NCBI GenBank assembly: GCA_963828165.1
Contig: CAWHDR010000001.1
Coordinates: 1,280,001 to 1,344,000, forward strand
Direction: 5' to 3'
DNA: 64,000 nt
From: an uncultured Chloroflexia bacterium
GTDB taxonomy: Bacteria > Chloroflexota > Limnocylindria > Limnocylindrales > CSP1-4
Of this stretch, positions 44,096-55,638 are shown piece by piece (position 1 is the stretch's first letter; every line of letters starts with the position of its first letter). Under the pieces are notes generated by a model. The model searched no databases and was not told where the DNA came from. It saw nothing but the letters and a program-made list of their open reading frames with translations. Made by a program: the position numbers and the translations under genes.

Positions 44096-45728
44096 GAGCA
44101 ATCGATCTCGTAGACCAGGACGTCCTCGAGGAGGTCCTCCCCGGCCGCCCCGGAGGTTGGCGACCCCAGGTCCACGGGCTGGAAGCATTCCGAGCCGGGG
44201 AGCCCGGCCTCGATGTCGGCGGGCCAGTGTTTCCCCTCGGGCGAGATGAGCACCATCAGACGGGTCCCCGGGAACGTGCGCGCCAGGTCCAGTATGTCCT
44301 CGGGCGGCTCGTCCGGCAGTGCCAGCGATGGGATGCGATTCACTTCCGCCATCCAGATCGGGAAGTTGGTGATGACCGGACCTGCCGTCCGATCGAGCGG
44401 TCGACCGATCGCTGCCATCCGGGCCCCAAGCTCCGCGTACATGTCTTGCGTGCCGTGCGACCCGCCTCCGAACGACGGCAGCAACGCGGCCGAGAAGAGG
44501 AGCGAGGAGCCAAGGCCGACGGCCGTGCCAAGCCAAGCGATCGGGTTGGTCCAACCCATGCGGCGACCCAATCGGGCGATGCCGGCGTCCAGGGCGAACG
44601 CCGCCGAGATCACGATCAGCACGTGCACGGGGGCGGCCGCGTGCAGGAACGTTCCCCACTGGGTCGCAGCCGGGAACAGGAGACTCGTGACGACGAACAT
44701 GATCAGGCTGATCCAGAGGAGCGGACGCAACGAGAGTCCGCGTCCGTGCCACGGCAGAGCGACGAGGCCGATGACCGACACGGGGATGCCCAGAAGGACG
44801 AGAACGTTGAAGAGGTTGTGGGCGAGCCCGGCGATCCGGAGCTCGATGAGCGCGGCCGGCCCGATCGCCAGATGGCGGGCCAGGGTCGGCGGGTCGTTCC
44901 AGGCGAAGATGTCGAAGCCGGACAGGTACAGGGCATTCGTCACGGCCTGCCCGGGCAGCGGACTGCCGAGGACGACCAGGTTCCGGTATGCCCAAGGCGC
45001 GAACACCACGGCGGCCACGACGGCGACGACCCCGATCATCCGCACGCGGTCGCTTCTGGGCCGGGCGACCGTGAACCAGACCAGCCCCGCCCAGATCAGC
45101 GCCAGCCAGACCGTCTCGTTGCGGGTCAACGCCCCCAGCCCCAGCAGCAGACCCAGCGCGACCAGCCGCGGATCGGTCAGCGCCGCGCTGCGCGGGTCAC
45201 GGAGCAGGCGCGTCATGAGGAGGCACGCCCCGAGCACGATCGCCGCGAACGGCATCGTCGAGTCGGGCAGGGACGAGCTGAGCAGCAGCGGCAGGTAGAC
45301 GGCCGTCGTGGCGCCGACACCGATGCCGACCCAGCGCGCACGTTCGACGCTGAGCTCCCGCTCCTCGGCGACATCGAGCGCGAGACGCCAGGCGAGGACG
45401 GACACGATCGCGCCGACCAGGACGCTGGAGACCTGCGCCGCGGCGAAGGTCGCTCCGAACAGCGCCATCGGGATCGCGGCGAGGAACGTCGGCAGGGGCA
45501 GCCAGACCTCGAACGCCGGACGGGGGAACATCCAGCGGCGGGGTCTGGTAGCTCCACAGCGCGTCGCTGACCAGTCCGCGGCCCTCGAGCAGGTTGCGCG
45601 CCACGCCGACGTAGTACGCGGTGTCCTCCGGTTTGGGGAACACGATCTGCGCCGCGAAGTAGCGCGCGTACGACCAGCGCGATGGCGAAGATCAGCAGGC
45701 CGGTCAGGACCGCCTCGCGACGACTCAC
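44092..45728 (-). CDS. GT-C glycosyltransferase (GT39-like), two frameshifts near 45665 and 45530
   Basis: Frames join VSRREAVL... / FPKPEDTAYYVGVARNL / FPRPAFEVWLPL...; about 11 TM segments; LTRNE. Confidence 0.75.
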
Positions 45729-47351
45729 GGCGCCGACTCCACCGGGTACACGGCCAGAACGCAACGGTTGGCCGACGGCGAGGACCGGTTCGCCCCACCA
45801 AGCCGGCCTCGGCCCGCCGTCCAGGATCGGCGCGATCGCGTCGACGCCGTCCTCGCGGTCGAGGACCACCCAGCGGATGTCGTAGGCGCGGGCGACCCGC
45901 TCGATGGTCTCGATCGGATCGTTGACGAGCACCACGCCGCCGCGCCCGCTCCAGTACTTGGTCCCGGACGCGTCGATGGACATGACGCGATCCGTCATCG
46001 AAGCGCCGGCGCGATCGAGGGCATCGGCCACCGCGACGAACTTGTCACGACTGGCGTCCCAGACCGCGTGCACGAACAGCGAGCCGAACAGCGCGGCCAC
46101 GCCGGCGAACGCGAGGGTCGCGCCGGTGAAGATCCTGGTGGCGGCCTCCCGATCCCACGCCCGACGACGCGCCGCGATCCACGCGACCGCCACCGCGACC
46201 CCTTCCAGCGTGAGGATGTAGGCATGGGGCGCGAGGGCGACCGCCGAATGGATGAACGTGCCACCCGGGACATGCACCGCCGAGACGACCGTCGAGAAGC
46301 CGAAGAGGAGCGCGGCATACGCGAAGAACGGGCCGAAGTCGAGCGACCGACGTCGGGCCCAGGCGCCGATCACCATGAACGGGGCCAGCACGAAGCCCGT
46401 GACCAAGCGTCGTGAAGATCATCACCGCCGATACCAGGCCACCGATGCGGGTCGCGAGGAACGGTCCGATGCCCATGCCCAGCAGGTGGTCGAGCGTGGC
46501 GGGCGCCGTGATGCTGTTCCATTCGCCGATGTCGCGGATGAAGAGGACGCGGCCCGAGGCGGTCGACGGGGAGATGGACCCGAACACCGCGAGCTGGCGG
46601 AGCCACCACGGCGACATCACCAGCACGAACAGGGCCACGCAGCCGACCGCTGCGGCGAACGGGATGGCCGGCCGAGGCTCGGCCTTCGGCTCCGGACGGG
46701 TCTGTCCGGCGGCGCCGCCCGCCAGGCGCGCCAGCGGTCCCAGGCGAACGCGATCCCGAGCGCGCCCAGGACCAGCAGCCCGTCATTCCGCGATAGCGTG
46801 GCGATCCCGGCCAGCAGCCCGGCCAGAACGAAGGAGCGGGGCGATCCTCGAAGGCCGCGAGCGCCCATCCACAGCGCGGCCGCGACCAGTGGCTGGAACA
46901 GCGAGAAGTTGTCCGGCTGGACCATGTACGTCAATGACAGGACCGGGATCGCGACCAGGAAGCCGGCGCCGATCGCCACGCTGCGACGCGCGCCGGCGTC
47001 GCGGGCGATGGCCCAGGTGAGCGGGGCGGCCGTGGCGCCGATCAACGCGAAGGGCAACGCCGATGCCCAGGCGACCTCGCCGAAGAGCAGCAGGAACGGC
47101 ACCTGGACCAGGGACGCGAGCGGCATCCAGTGGGCGTTCGACGGGATCGGGAGGACGGGATCGGCCGGCACGACGCCGCCGACCTCGGGGAAGATCCAGA
47201 TCAGGTCGATGTTGAATCCGTCGCCGGCCGCGAGTGCTCGCGCGACGTCCACGTAGTAGAACGAATTGGGGTACGCCGGGTCCGGAAAGTTCCAGATGAG
47301 GACCAGACGGACGGCGAGGGCGAGCCCGTACAAGAGGAGGGGAATACGCAC
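45725..47351 (-). CDS. GT-C glycosyltransferase paralog, about four frameshifts (46720, 46665, 46405, 45759)
   Basis: FPDPAYPNSFYYVDVARAL..G.G, HWMPL, LSRNDG, PWWLRQ, GGTFIHS; clearly paralogous to the downstream gene. Confidence 0.75.
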
Positions 47352-47444
47352 GGCCGGTGCAGCGTAGCACCGGGTCAGGGCCCGGCCGCCCGGTACGAAT
47401 GGCCTAGCCTGGGGACCAGGGGGTCACCCCCAGGTCACCCTCTG

Positions 47445-48116
47445 TCAGGCGGCCTTGCGAGCGACGAACAGCACGTTGAAATGGAGCAGCGAGTAGCGCA
47501 GCGACACGATCTGCCAGCCGGTCAGCATCTCGCGGACCTCGTTGGGCAGGTACTCGTTGTGGAACGGCTCGCTGTGGGGGCAGGTGCTCGACAGGAACCG
47601 CAACTTCCAGATCGCCGATCGCGCCGGGACCGACCCGATGAGCACGCCGCCTGGCTGGAGGACGCGGCGGTACTCGGCGAGGGCCGCCGACGGATCGGGG
47701 ATGTGCTCGATCACTTCCGTGCACAGGACGGTGCCAAAGCTCGCATCGTCGAACGGCAGCGCCTCGACGTCGCCCTCGATGACGGTGTGGTTCGGCAAGC
47801 GCTGCCGAAGCAGGGCGATGTTGCGTGGGTTGATGTCGACGCCGACGGAGCCCTCGGGGAGGTGCCGCAGGTTGAGCCCGGTACCACAGCCGGCATCGAG
47901 GATCGGCGCGTCCGGCGTCGCGTACTTCGCGACCATCCGGCGCACCATCCAGGCGCGGTTCTTGTGGAAGAACGCCTCGAGGCCGCGGATGTTGTCGGCG
48001 ACGTCGACCCAGTCGTAGGTCTCGACGTCGCGGTAGTAATCCTTGACCCATTCCGACCACGCGGGCGTGCCGGGTTCGATCTCCACGCCGTGCGCGGCGT
48101 GCTCGTGCTGGTGCAT
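47445..48116 (-). CDS. class I SAM-dependent methyltransferase
   Basis: LDAGCGTG, GVDIN, LPFDDASF, EVIEH, LQPGG. Confidence 0.9.
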   Translation of the reverse strand: MHQHEHAAHGVEIEPGTPAWSEWVKDYYRDVETYDWVDVADNIRGLEAFFHKNRAWMVRRMVAKYATPDAPILDAGCGTGLNLRHLPEGSVGVDINPRNIALLRQRLPNHTVIEGDVEALPFDDASFGTVLCTEVIEHIPDPSAALAEYRRVLQPGGVLIGSVPARSAIWKLRFLSSTCPHSEPFHNEYLPNEVREMLTGWQIVSLRYSLLHFNVLFVARKAA

Positions 48117-48276
48117 GTGTCCTCCAGTGTGGTCCGGTACAGGCGATTTTGGGTCCAACGCGCGCCTCTCAGAACCACCCGAAGGTCATGGGTCGATGCG
48201 GCGAGTCTACTGCCTTGACGAGGCGGCTCACATGGGGGACTGTCCAGCCGTCCCGCCGTTGGAGTGCGCGCCCCGC

Positions 48277-49443
48277 ATGGTTTCCCGATCCGATCCGCTT
48301 TCCGCCACGGTGGCGCGATCGCGCGGATTCCCCCGCGTTCAGCCCGAGACGCTGCGCCGCTACGCGCCGCTCATCGCGGCCTTCGCCTTCTCACGTCTGC
48401 TGATCGCCGGGGCGGCCCTGCTCGTCGAGGCAGGCGTGTTCGTCACGAACCCCCGCCTCCTCCACGGCGACCCGGCCCCCATCCTGCGCTCCCTGACCAC
48501 ATGGGACGGCGACTGGTTCGTCGGGATCGCGCGGAACGGCTACCACCTCGAGGCGTTCGGCGACACCGGCTATCACGACTACGCGTTCTTCCCGCTCTAC
48601 CCGATGCTCGTGCGCGTCCTGGCCATGCCGTGGCCCGACCTCGTCGGGTTCATCGCCATCACGCTCAATCTCGTCCTGTTCGCGCTCGCACTCGTCCTGC
48701 TCGTGCGGGTGGCGCGACCCCACCTCGGCGAGGCCCGGGCGATCCGGGCGGCCGCCCTGCTCGCCCTGTTCCCCTTCTCGTTCGTGTACACGATGGCCTA
48801 TTCGGAGACGCTCACGCTGATCCTCACCGTCGTGGCGTTCCTGGCGGTCGAGCGCGGGTACGCGGGACGCGCCGGGATCGCTTTCGGGCTGGCCTCACTG
48901 ACGCGGGCACAGAGCGCATTCCTCCTCGTTCCGCTCCTGCTGGCGTCCCGCAAGCAAGGCGGCAGCCGCCTGCGCTGGATCGCCCTCGGCCTGGGCCCGC
49001 TGGCGACGTTGTCCTACATCGTCTGGGTCGCGTTCTTCACCGGCTCGTGGAACGGGTACTTCGGGTCGTACGCGGCATGGGGCCGCAACGCCGGTGGCGC
49101 CGCCGCGGGTTCGGGCTCCGTCGCGACCGCGCTGGCCGGGCCGCTCGCCCTGTACTTCGCCGCACTGATGATCTGCCTGATGTTCGCGGTCGGCTTGTTC
49201 GTCTTCGTCCGCCGCGACCGGATCCCGCTCGAGTACGCGGCGATCCCGGCGATCGCGCTCGTCATGTTGCTCGTTTCGGGGAGCCTGGAGGCGGTCGGGA
49301 GGGTCGTGCTCCTGTCGTTCCCCTACTCGTGGATCCTCGCATCGCGCCAGCATCCGGCGTGGCGCTACGGCTGGCCGGTGCTGTCTGTCGCACTCCTGGC
49401 CATCTTCTCGACGCTGACCTTCGCCGGCTGGTGGATCCCGTAG
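48277..49443 (+). CDS. PIG-V/GT76-like mannosyltransferase
   Basis: WDGDWF..IA..GY, AFFPLYP, YSE, LTR. Confidence 0.85.
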   Translation: MVSRSDPLSATVARSRGFPRVQPETLRRYAPLIAAFAFSRLLIAGAALLVEAGVFVTNPRLLHGDPAPILRSLTTWDGDWFVGIARNGYHLEAFGDTGYHDYAFFPLYPMLVRVLAMPWPDLVGFIAITLNLVLFALALVLLVRVARPHLGEARAIRAAALLALFPFSFVYTMAYSETLTLILTVVAFLAVERGYAGRAGIAFGLASLTRAQSAFLLVPLLLASRKQGGSRLRWIALGLGPLATLSYIVWVAFFTGSWNGYFGSYAAWGRNAGGAAAGSGSVATALAGPLALYFAALMICLMFAVGLFVFVRRDRIPLEYAAIPAIALVMLLVSGSLEAVGRVVLLSFPYSWILASRQHPAWRYGWPVLSVALLAIFSTLTFAGWWIP

Positions 49444-49453
49444 TCGGCGTGAC

Positions 49454-50214
49454 CTAGCGCATCCGTGCCGCGATGACCGGCAGGAGCAGGATCGGGACGT
49501 CCTGCAACGAGTAGAGCAGGCCGCCCCCGGTCGAATTCGTGAGGGCGGTCACCCAGTCGAACCACAACGCCCCGAAGGGGATCGAGATCGCGATCCACAA
49601 CGCCAGCGCGATCCACCAGTTTCGACTGCGCACGCCGAGCAGGGCGAACGGGAACAGCGATGGCTTCAGCAGGACCCCGACGAATGCCCACCGAACGATG
49701 AAGCCGAGGGCCACCGCGGCCATCACCCACATGACGGGGTTCCCGGCGACCGTGCGCGCGACCATCGGCGGCCAGAAGATGCACAGGGCCATGAACGGCC
49801 ACGCGACGGGGGCCGGGCGAACGCGCCAGATGGCCCAGGTCGTGACGCCCAACGGGACCGCCCACCACAGGAATGCGGGCAGCACCGTGAATGCGACGAA
49901 CAACGGCAGGGCATTCGGCGCATAGAGGACATCGCCCATCTGGATCGGATAAGGCCCGGCGAGCTGATACGGCTCGAAGTACGACCCTCCGGCGAGCCAG
50001 CGGCGCGTGGCGTCCATGTACAACGTGTAGTCGATGCCACCGTAGCCGTTGAAGTTCGGTTTCATGGCGGCGTTGACGAAGTCCGCGATCGGGAAGACGA
50101 GGATCCCGAGCGAGACGACGGCCAGGATGAGGCGAACGCGCGGGGTGACCTCCGCACGGCGGACGGCGGCGTGGAGCCGTCGCTCATCGTGGGCTGCAGC
50201 GTGCCGGTGCTCAT
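49454..50214 (-). CDS. GT87 (DUF2029)-like glycosyltransferase; probable frameshift near 50150
   Basis: IDYTLY, LYAP, GNPV, LKPS; start inferred from a leaderless -10. Confidence 0.65.
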
Positions 50215-50325
50215 CGCCGCTGAACGTAGCACCGAGTGCGCCGCCGACCGGATGGTACGAACGGGTACGGGCTGCCTCGCGCGAGGGACCCGAGCGCCGG
50301 CGTGGCGGGCCGTAGGATGGGGCCG

Positions 50326-51558
50326 ATGCGCACCGCCACGACCGCCAGTCCGCGTCCGCTTCCGGGTCGTGCCGTGGTGGCCGCCGTGGTGGCCGGGAGC
50401 ATCGCCTGGATCGGGGTGATCGCGATCGGGCTCCAGCTGGCCGCCCGCTCCGCATCGAGCCTCGGATTCGATCTCGAGCTGTTGATCGAGGCCGGCCGTG
50501 ATGTCGCCGCGGGACGATCGCCGTACGCACCGGAGCTGGTGTCGGGCGCGGCCCCGATGGCGACCAGCCTCTTCTACTCGTACCCGCCGCCCGTCGCGCA
50601 GGCGTTCAGCCTCCTGGCGGCGATCCCGTCGCGGGTGATCTTGTCCTGTGGTCCATCGGGGCGGTCGGCCGGGCTCGCTCGTCGCGACGGAGACTGCTCC
50701 GCCGACACCTGGCGCCGCGTCGGTCACGTCGCGAGGTCCTGTTCGTCGTCGCGGCCTGCGCGCCCTTGACGCTGCCGTTCGCGGTCGGCCTGCTGTTCGG
50801 GAACCTCGACGTCTGGTTTCCGCTCCTTTATGGGTTGATGTTGCTCGCGGCGATGGCGCCCGGGCGCGCGACCGCGGTCGGAGGCGGCGCGGCCCTGGCG
50901 CTGGCGACGCGTGAAACTGCATCCAGCGTCGCTGGGCCTGTGGTTCCTGACCCGGGCGGCCCGCGATCGCCGGGCCGGGGCCCGGTCGTCGGCCGGTCTG
51001 GTGGTGGCAACCGCGGCCGTCGGGGTCGCTGTCGTGGTCGGCGCCAGCATCGTCATCGGGGGCACGGCCTTGTGGTCGGAGTACGGGGACGTCGTCCGGG
51101 CCGGAGCGGGGGCGGCGATCGTCGATCCGCGCAACGCCGGCATCGCGGCCCAGATCGCGCTGCTCATCGGTGCCGATGATGCCTTCGCGCGATCCCTGCA
51201 CGTATTCGTGGCGGCTGCCGCCGTCGTCGTCACGGTCTGGGCTGCATGGCGCAGGGCCGACCCGGTCGAGAGCTTCGCCTGGGCGGCGGCGGCGTCGCTC
51301 GTGACGCTCCCCGTCACCTGGTACCACTACCCGAGCGCGATGCTCCCGGTCGCCGTTGCGGCGATGCTGCGCGCAACCGAGCCGGACACGCGTCGTGTGT
51401 CGGCTCTCGTCACGGCGGGTGCGGTCGTCGCCGCGATCTCACTGGTCTGGCTGCCGCTGCTGTGGGTCGCAATCGGTCTCATCGTGGCTGCGGCGCAGGC
51501 GTCGGCACCGGCACCGGCGCGCGCGCCGGCAGGGGCGCCGGATCCCGCAACCGGATGA
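50326..51558 (+). CDS. GT87-like glycosyltransferase, frameshifted (about 50645-50760 and 50910)
   Basis: GFDL, YSYPPP, GNLD, KLHP, WYHY spread over three frames. Confidence 0.7.
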
Positions 51559-52357
51559 TCGCGAGCAGGATCACCCAGGACTCGATCCAGACGACCGGCA
51601 ACGCCAACCACACGGCGATGGGGACGGCCCAACGACGTCCGGTCAGGGCTCCCGCAGCCACGATCAGGGCTGCCGCGGTGATCCGCAGGTATAGGAGCTC
51701 ACCGCTGCCCGTGCTCCCTCGCAGGAACGAGAACCAGTCGAACCATGCACTCGGCGCCAGTAGGAACGAGACCGCGACGATGGCGAACGTCGTCCCGAGT
51801 GCGATGGCCAAGGAGCGCCACTCGCGGCGCACGATGAACCAGAGCAGCCCGACACCCGGGGTCACCTTGGTCAGGATGTTGAAGGCCCACAACGACGGCC
51901 ATCGGAATCCCAGGACGATCGCGGCGGCGATGAACAGATGGACCTGGCCGACGAACAGCTCGTACGTCCACGGCAGCAAGAGGATCAGCAGGGCCCACGG
52001 CCAGGGCCGGACGAGCCAGTACAGGACGAGCACTGAGGCGGCCGTCCACAGGACGAAGAACGCCTCGAACGGCAGGACATATAGCGGCGAGATGAACTGG
52101 GCGAAGGCGGGGGAATACAGGTAGGTCGAGTACTCGCCCACGCCGGAGCTCGCGTACGGATGCGCGAGGTCGACGCCCCAGTACGCCCGCGCATCGATCC
52201 CGACGAAGGTCCACGGATGGATTCCCTGGACGAAGAAATAGACGGCGGCACGGAGCAGCCCGATCAGGATGAGGGCGTCCCGAAGCGCACGCCGATTGCG
52301 ATGGGCGATCTCACCCAGACGCCTGGTGAACCTTCGGACGCGTTCCATGGCTGTCAC
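51479..52357 (-). CDS. GT87-like glycosyltransferase
   Basis: IDARAYW, YLYSP, GQVH, TKVTP. Confidence 0.75.
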   Translation of the reverse strand: MTAMERVRRFTRRLGEIAHRNRRALRDALILIGLLRAAVYFFVQGIHPWTFVGIDARAYWGVDLAHPYASSGVGEYSTYLYSPAFAQFISPLYVLPFEAFFVLWTAASVLVLYWLVRPWPWALLILLLPWTYELFVGQVHLFIAAAIVLGFRWPSLWAFNILTKVTPGVGLLWFIVRREWRSLAIALGTTFAIVAVSFLLAPSAWFDWFSFLRGSTGSGELLYLRITAAALIVAAGALTGRRWAVPIAVWLALPVVWIESWVILLAIIRLRDPAPLPARAPVPVPTPAPQPR

Positions 52358-52517
52358 TCTCGGCCGTCCCGGCGCCCTCCCGCTATGCGCTCATGGTCCC
52401 AGTGGAAGTGTGGCGCACCATCCGATCCGGGGCGAGGGCCGCGCGGTAGTCTTCCGTCATGAACGGATGTCCGGACGTGCCTTCGTCGCGAGCCGACGAC
52501 GGTGATGGCCGCACCAC

Positions 52518-53306
52518 GTGACCCTGACGCTGGTACTCCCCGCATACAACGAAGCGGAACGGATCGGCCCCGCGCTCGACGAGCTCTTCGAGTTCCTCGG
52601 TACGAGGAACGCGGACCCGGAAGGGTCATCGAGTGCGACGGCGCTTCCGGGGGACATCGAGATCCTGGTCGTCGACGACGGCAGCACGGACGGGACCGTC
52701 GACCTCGTCGAAGCACGGCCGGAGGCGGCGGGCACCATCGACGGCATGCAGCTGCGCGTCCGTCGCGTTCCGCACGGCGGCAAGGGCGCCGCCGTTCGTG
52801 CCGGCATGCTCGCGGCGACCGGCGACTTCGTGATCTTCGCGGATGCTGATATGGCGACGCCGCCCGACCAGATACCGCATCTGCTGCGCGCCCTCCTCGA
52901 CCATGACGTCGCCCTTGGCTCGCGGATCCAACCAGACGGGTCGGACATGCGTGCGACGCAGCCGGGGTACCGCCGATGGCTCGGCAAGGTCTTCCACGTG
53001 CTGGCGTCGATCTGGGTGACCGGGCGGGTCAAGGACACGCAATGTGGGTTCAAGGGCTTCCGTCGCGAAGCGGCCCAGGACATCTTCGCGCGGCAGGTGG
53101 TCACGAGCATCGTGTTCGACGTGGAGCTCATCTACCTGGCTCGTCGTCGCGGGTATCGGATCGCCATCGTCCCGATCCGCTGGTTCGACAAGCGCGGGTC
53201 GCGGATGCGCGCCGGAGCCGGCCTGGCCATGCGGGTCGCGTGGGACCTGTTCCGCATCCCGCTCATCCATCGCCGGAGCCAGCGGGGCACCACGGAACCG
53301 GCGTGA
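52518..53306 (+). CDS. GT2 polyprenol-phosphate sugar synthase (Dol-P-Glc/Man synthase-like)
   Basis: PAYNE, VDDGSTD, GKGAAV, DAD, DTQCGFK, FDVE. Confidence 0.92.
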   Translation: MTLTLVLPAYNEAERIGPALDELFEFLGTRNADPEGSSSATALPGDIEILVVDDGSTDGTVDLVEARPEAAGTIDGMQLRVRRVPHGGKGAAVRAGMLAATGDFVIFADADMATPPDQIPHLLRALLDHDVALGSRIQPDGSDMRATQPGYRRWLGKVFHVLASIWVTGRVKDTQCGFKGFRREAAQDIFARQVVTSIVFDVELIYLARRRGYRIAIVPIRWFDKRGSRMRAGAGLAMRVAWDLFRIPLIHRRSQRGTTEPA

Positions 53307-54418
53307 TGGACCGCGACTCCCTCACCTCGCTGGCGCGGGCCGCCCTGCCCATCGTCGCGGCGCTGTCGTTCGCCGGCGGGGTCGCTGCGACCCTGGCGGT
53401 CGCGGGCGACACGCTCGGCCATGACTTCCTCGCGTACCACCAGGCCATCGAGCGGGTCACCAACGGGGCGCCGCTCTACGACATGTCCTTCACCGTCGCC
53501 GGTGGCTTCGGCCTGTTCTTCTATCCTCCGCCGTTCGCCGTCATGGTGCTCCCACTCGCGTTGCTGTCGCCGCTGTCTGCGACGTGGGTCTGGATCACGC
53601 TGTCGCTGGCGGCGTTCCTCGTCGGCGTCGCGATCCTGCCGGTCTCGAGATCGGTGCGCTGGTGGATCGTGCTGCTCGCCGGGCTGTCGTTCCCCTTCGT
53701 CCATGCGGTGAAGCTCGGGCAGGTCGGGCCCATCCTCTTCCTCGCATTCGCGGTCGGCTGGCGCGGCATCGACGACCCCGTGCGCATGGGCGGCAGTGCG
53801 GCCGTCGGGGCCGCCATCAAGCTGCAACCGGGCCTCGTCCTGGTCTGGGCGCTCCTGACCCGGCGGTTTCGTGCGGTCGCCGTCGGGGTCGTGGTCCTCG
53901 TCGTGCTAGCGGCGGCGGCGACGATCCTGAGCGGGCCCGGCGCCTGGATCGACTTCGTGACGCTCCTCCGGGCCGTCAGCGACCCGATCGCGACCGAACG
54001 CAACGTGACACCCGGGGCGATCGCGTACCAGCTCGGAGCGTCCACCACCGTCGCATCCGGCGTGCAACTGCTCAGCACGGTCGGCGTGGCCGTCGCGTTC
54101 ATCGCCGCGATCCGGTGGGCGAGCGACGAGGCCTCGTACCTGGTCGCCGTGATCGCGAGCCAGCTGGTTTCTCCGATCCTCTGGGACCACTACGCCATGC
54201 TCCTGCTGCTGCCGGTGGCGTACATCGCATCGGCGGGTCGCTGGTGGGCGCTTGCGATCCCGCTCGTGACGGCCTGGCCCCTACTCGGGCTCAGTCCTGC
54301 GGCCATCTACCCGATCGTCTTCTGGGTCACCCTCATCACGACCCTCTTGGTCGGGCGAGCCGCCCGGACGTCCACGGAAGGCGCGTCGAAGGTCGCCGGC
54401 GGTACCGCGGCCGCATGA
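53306..54418 (+). CDS. GT87-like glycosyltransferase
   Basis: HDFLAY, FFYPPP, GQ, IKLQP, SPILWDHY. Confidence 0.82.
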   Translation: MDRDSLTSLARAALPIVAALSFAGGVAATLAVAGDTLGHDFLAYHQAIERVTNGAPLYDMSFTVAGGFGLFFYPPPFAVMVLPLALLSPLSATWVWITLSLAAFLVGVAILPVSRSVRWWIVLLAGLSFPFVHAVKLGQVGPILFLAFAVGWRGIDDPVRMGGSAAVGAAIKLQPGLVLVWALLTRRFRAVAVGVVVLVVLAAAATILSGPGAWIDFVTLLRAVSDPIATERNVTPGAIAYQLGASTTVASGVQLLSTVGVAVAFIAAIRWASDEASYLVAVIASQLVSPILWDHYAMLLLLPVAYIASAGRWWALAIPLVTAWPLLGLSPAAIYPIVFWVTLITTLLVGRAARTSTEGASKVAGGTAAA

Positions 54419-55638
54419 GTCGTAGCCTTCCTATTTCGCTCCCGATCGGCCTCGCCATCATCGCGGCTGCGGCGTTGATCTATTGGTTGGCGAACCGTCA
54501 GTTCGACGCCGGACGCGGCGACTTCTTCTACCTTGCGGATGCGTTCCTGCACGGCCGAGTCGGGATCGATATCCGACTCGGGCCGAACGACGTGATCCCG
54601 GTCGGTGATGCCTTCTACGTACCGTTCGCGCCGTTCCCCGCTGTGGCGCTCATGCCCGTCGTCGCCCTCCTCGGGCCGGTCACCGCGGACCAGGTGGAGT
54701 CGGGCATCAACGCGCTCCTCGCCGCGTCCGGCGTCGGCATGTGCTGGTGGCTCCTGGGCCGGATCGGCGTGGCTCGACTCGCGGATCGGTTCTGGTTGAC
54801 CGTCCTGTTCGGATTCTCGACGCAGATCCTGTGGGTGACGACCAGGGGCGGCGTATGGCACACCGGTCACCTGATCGCCACGATCCTGACCTTTGCCTGT
54901 CTCATCGAGTTGTTCGGCCGGCAGCGTGCGTTCCTGGTCGGGCTCCTTGCCGGGGCGGCCTTCCTGACTCGAGCGCCGCTCGCGTTCGCCGTTCCGTTCT
55001 ACGCGCTGCTGCTCGAGCCAAGAGCCGCGAACCAGGCTGCCTCAGTCGCCGGTGGCTACGTCGCGCGGACCGCCGGCATGCTCCCATGGCGGGCGTGGAC
55101 GATGCTGGCGCTCGGATTCGCACCCGCGATCGTCGCCTTCCTCTTCTACAACCAGGTCCGCTTCGGGACACCGTTCGAGAGTGGCTACGCGCTAGCGACG
55201 CTGCCCCCGTTCCTCGAGGAGCAGCGAGCCAAGGGGCTGTTCTCGCTCGCACACGTGCCCATGAATTTCGATTACTTCCTGCTCCATCTGCCCCACCCGA
55301 TCGCGACGCCGCCGTTCTTCCAGCCGGACGGTCTGGGGATGTCCGTCCTCCTCACCAGTCCAGGGCTGCTGTTCGCCACGCTGGCGGACTGGCGCCGGCC
55401 ACGGGCGTGGTGGCTGCTGGGTGCCGCCGTGACCGTGCTGATCCCGACGCTCCTGTACTACGGCGGCGGCTGGCTTCAGTACGGCTACCGGTATTTCCTC
55501 GACTCCGTGCCGTTCGTGATCGCCCTGTGCGGTCTGGCGGCCGTTCACCGCGGCCGCGTCGCGCCCCTCTGGCTCGCGCTGATCGTCGTCGGCGTGGTGG
55601 TCATGACCATCGGCGTCTATTGGGCGTACAACCTGTGA
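54415..55638 (+). CDS. GT-C-type multi-pass membrane protein
   Basis: DFFYLADAFLHG, YVPFAPFP, LTR, YNQVRFG, QYGYRY. Confidence 0.7.
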   Translation: MSRSLPISLPIGLAIIAAAALIYWLANRQFDAGRGDFFYLADAFLHGRVGIDIRLGPNDVIPVGDAFYVPFAPFPAVALMPVVALLGPVTADQVESGINALLAASGVGMCWWLLGRIGVARLADRFWLTVLFGFSTQILWVTTRGGVWHTGHLIATILTFACLIELFGRQRAFLVGLLAGAAFLTRAPLAFAVPFYALLLEPRAANQAASVAGGYVARTAGMLPWRAWTMLALGFAPAIVAFLFYNQVRFGTPFESGYALATLPPFLEEQRAKGLFSLAHVPMNFDYFLLHLPHPIATPPFFQPDGLGMSVLLTSPGLLFATLADWRRPRAWWLLGAAVTVLIPTLLYYGGGWLQYGYRYFLDSVPFVIALCGLAAVHRGRVAPLWLALIVVGVVVMTIGVYWAYNL

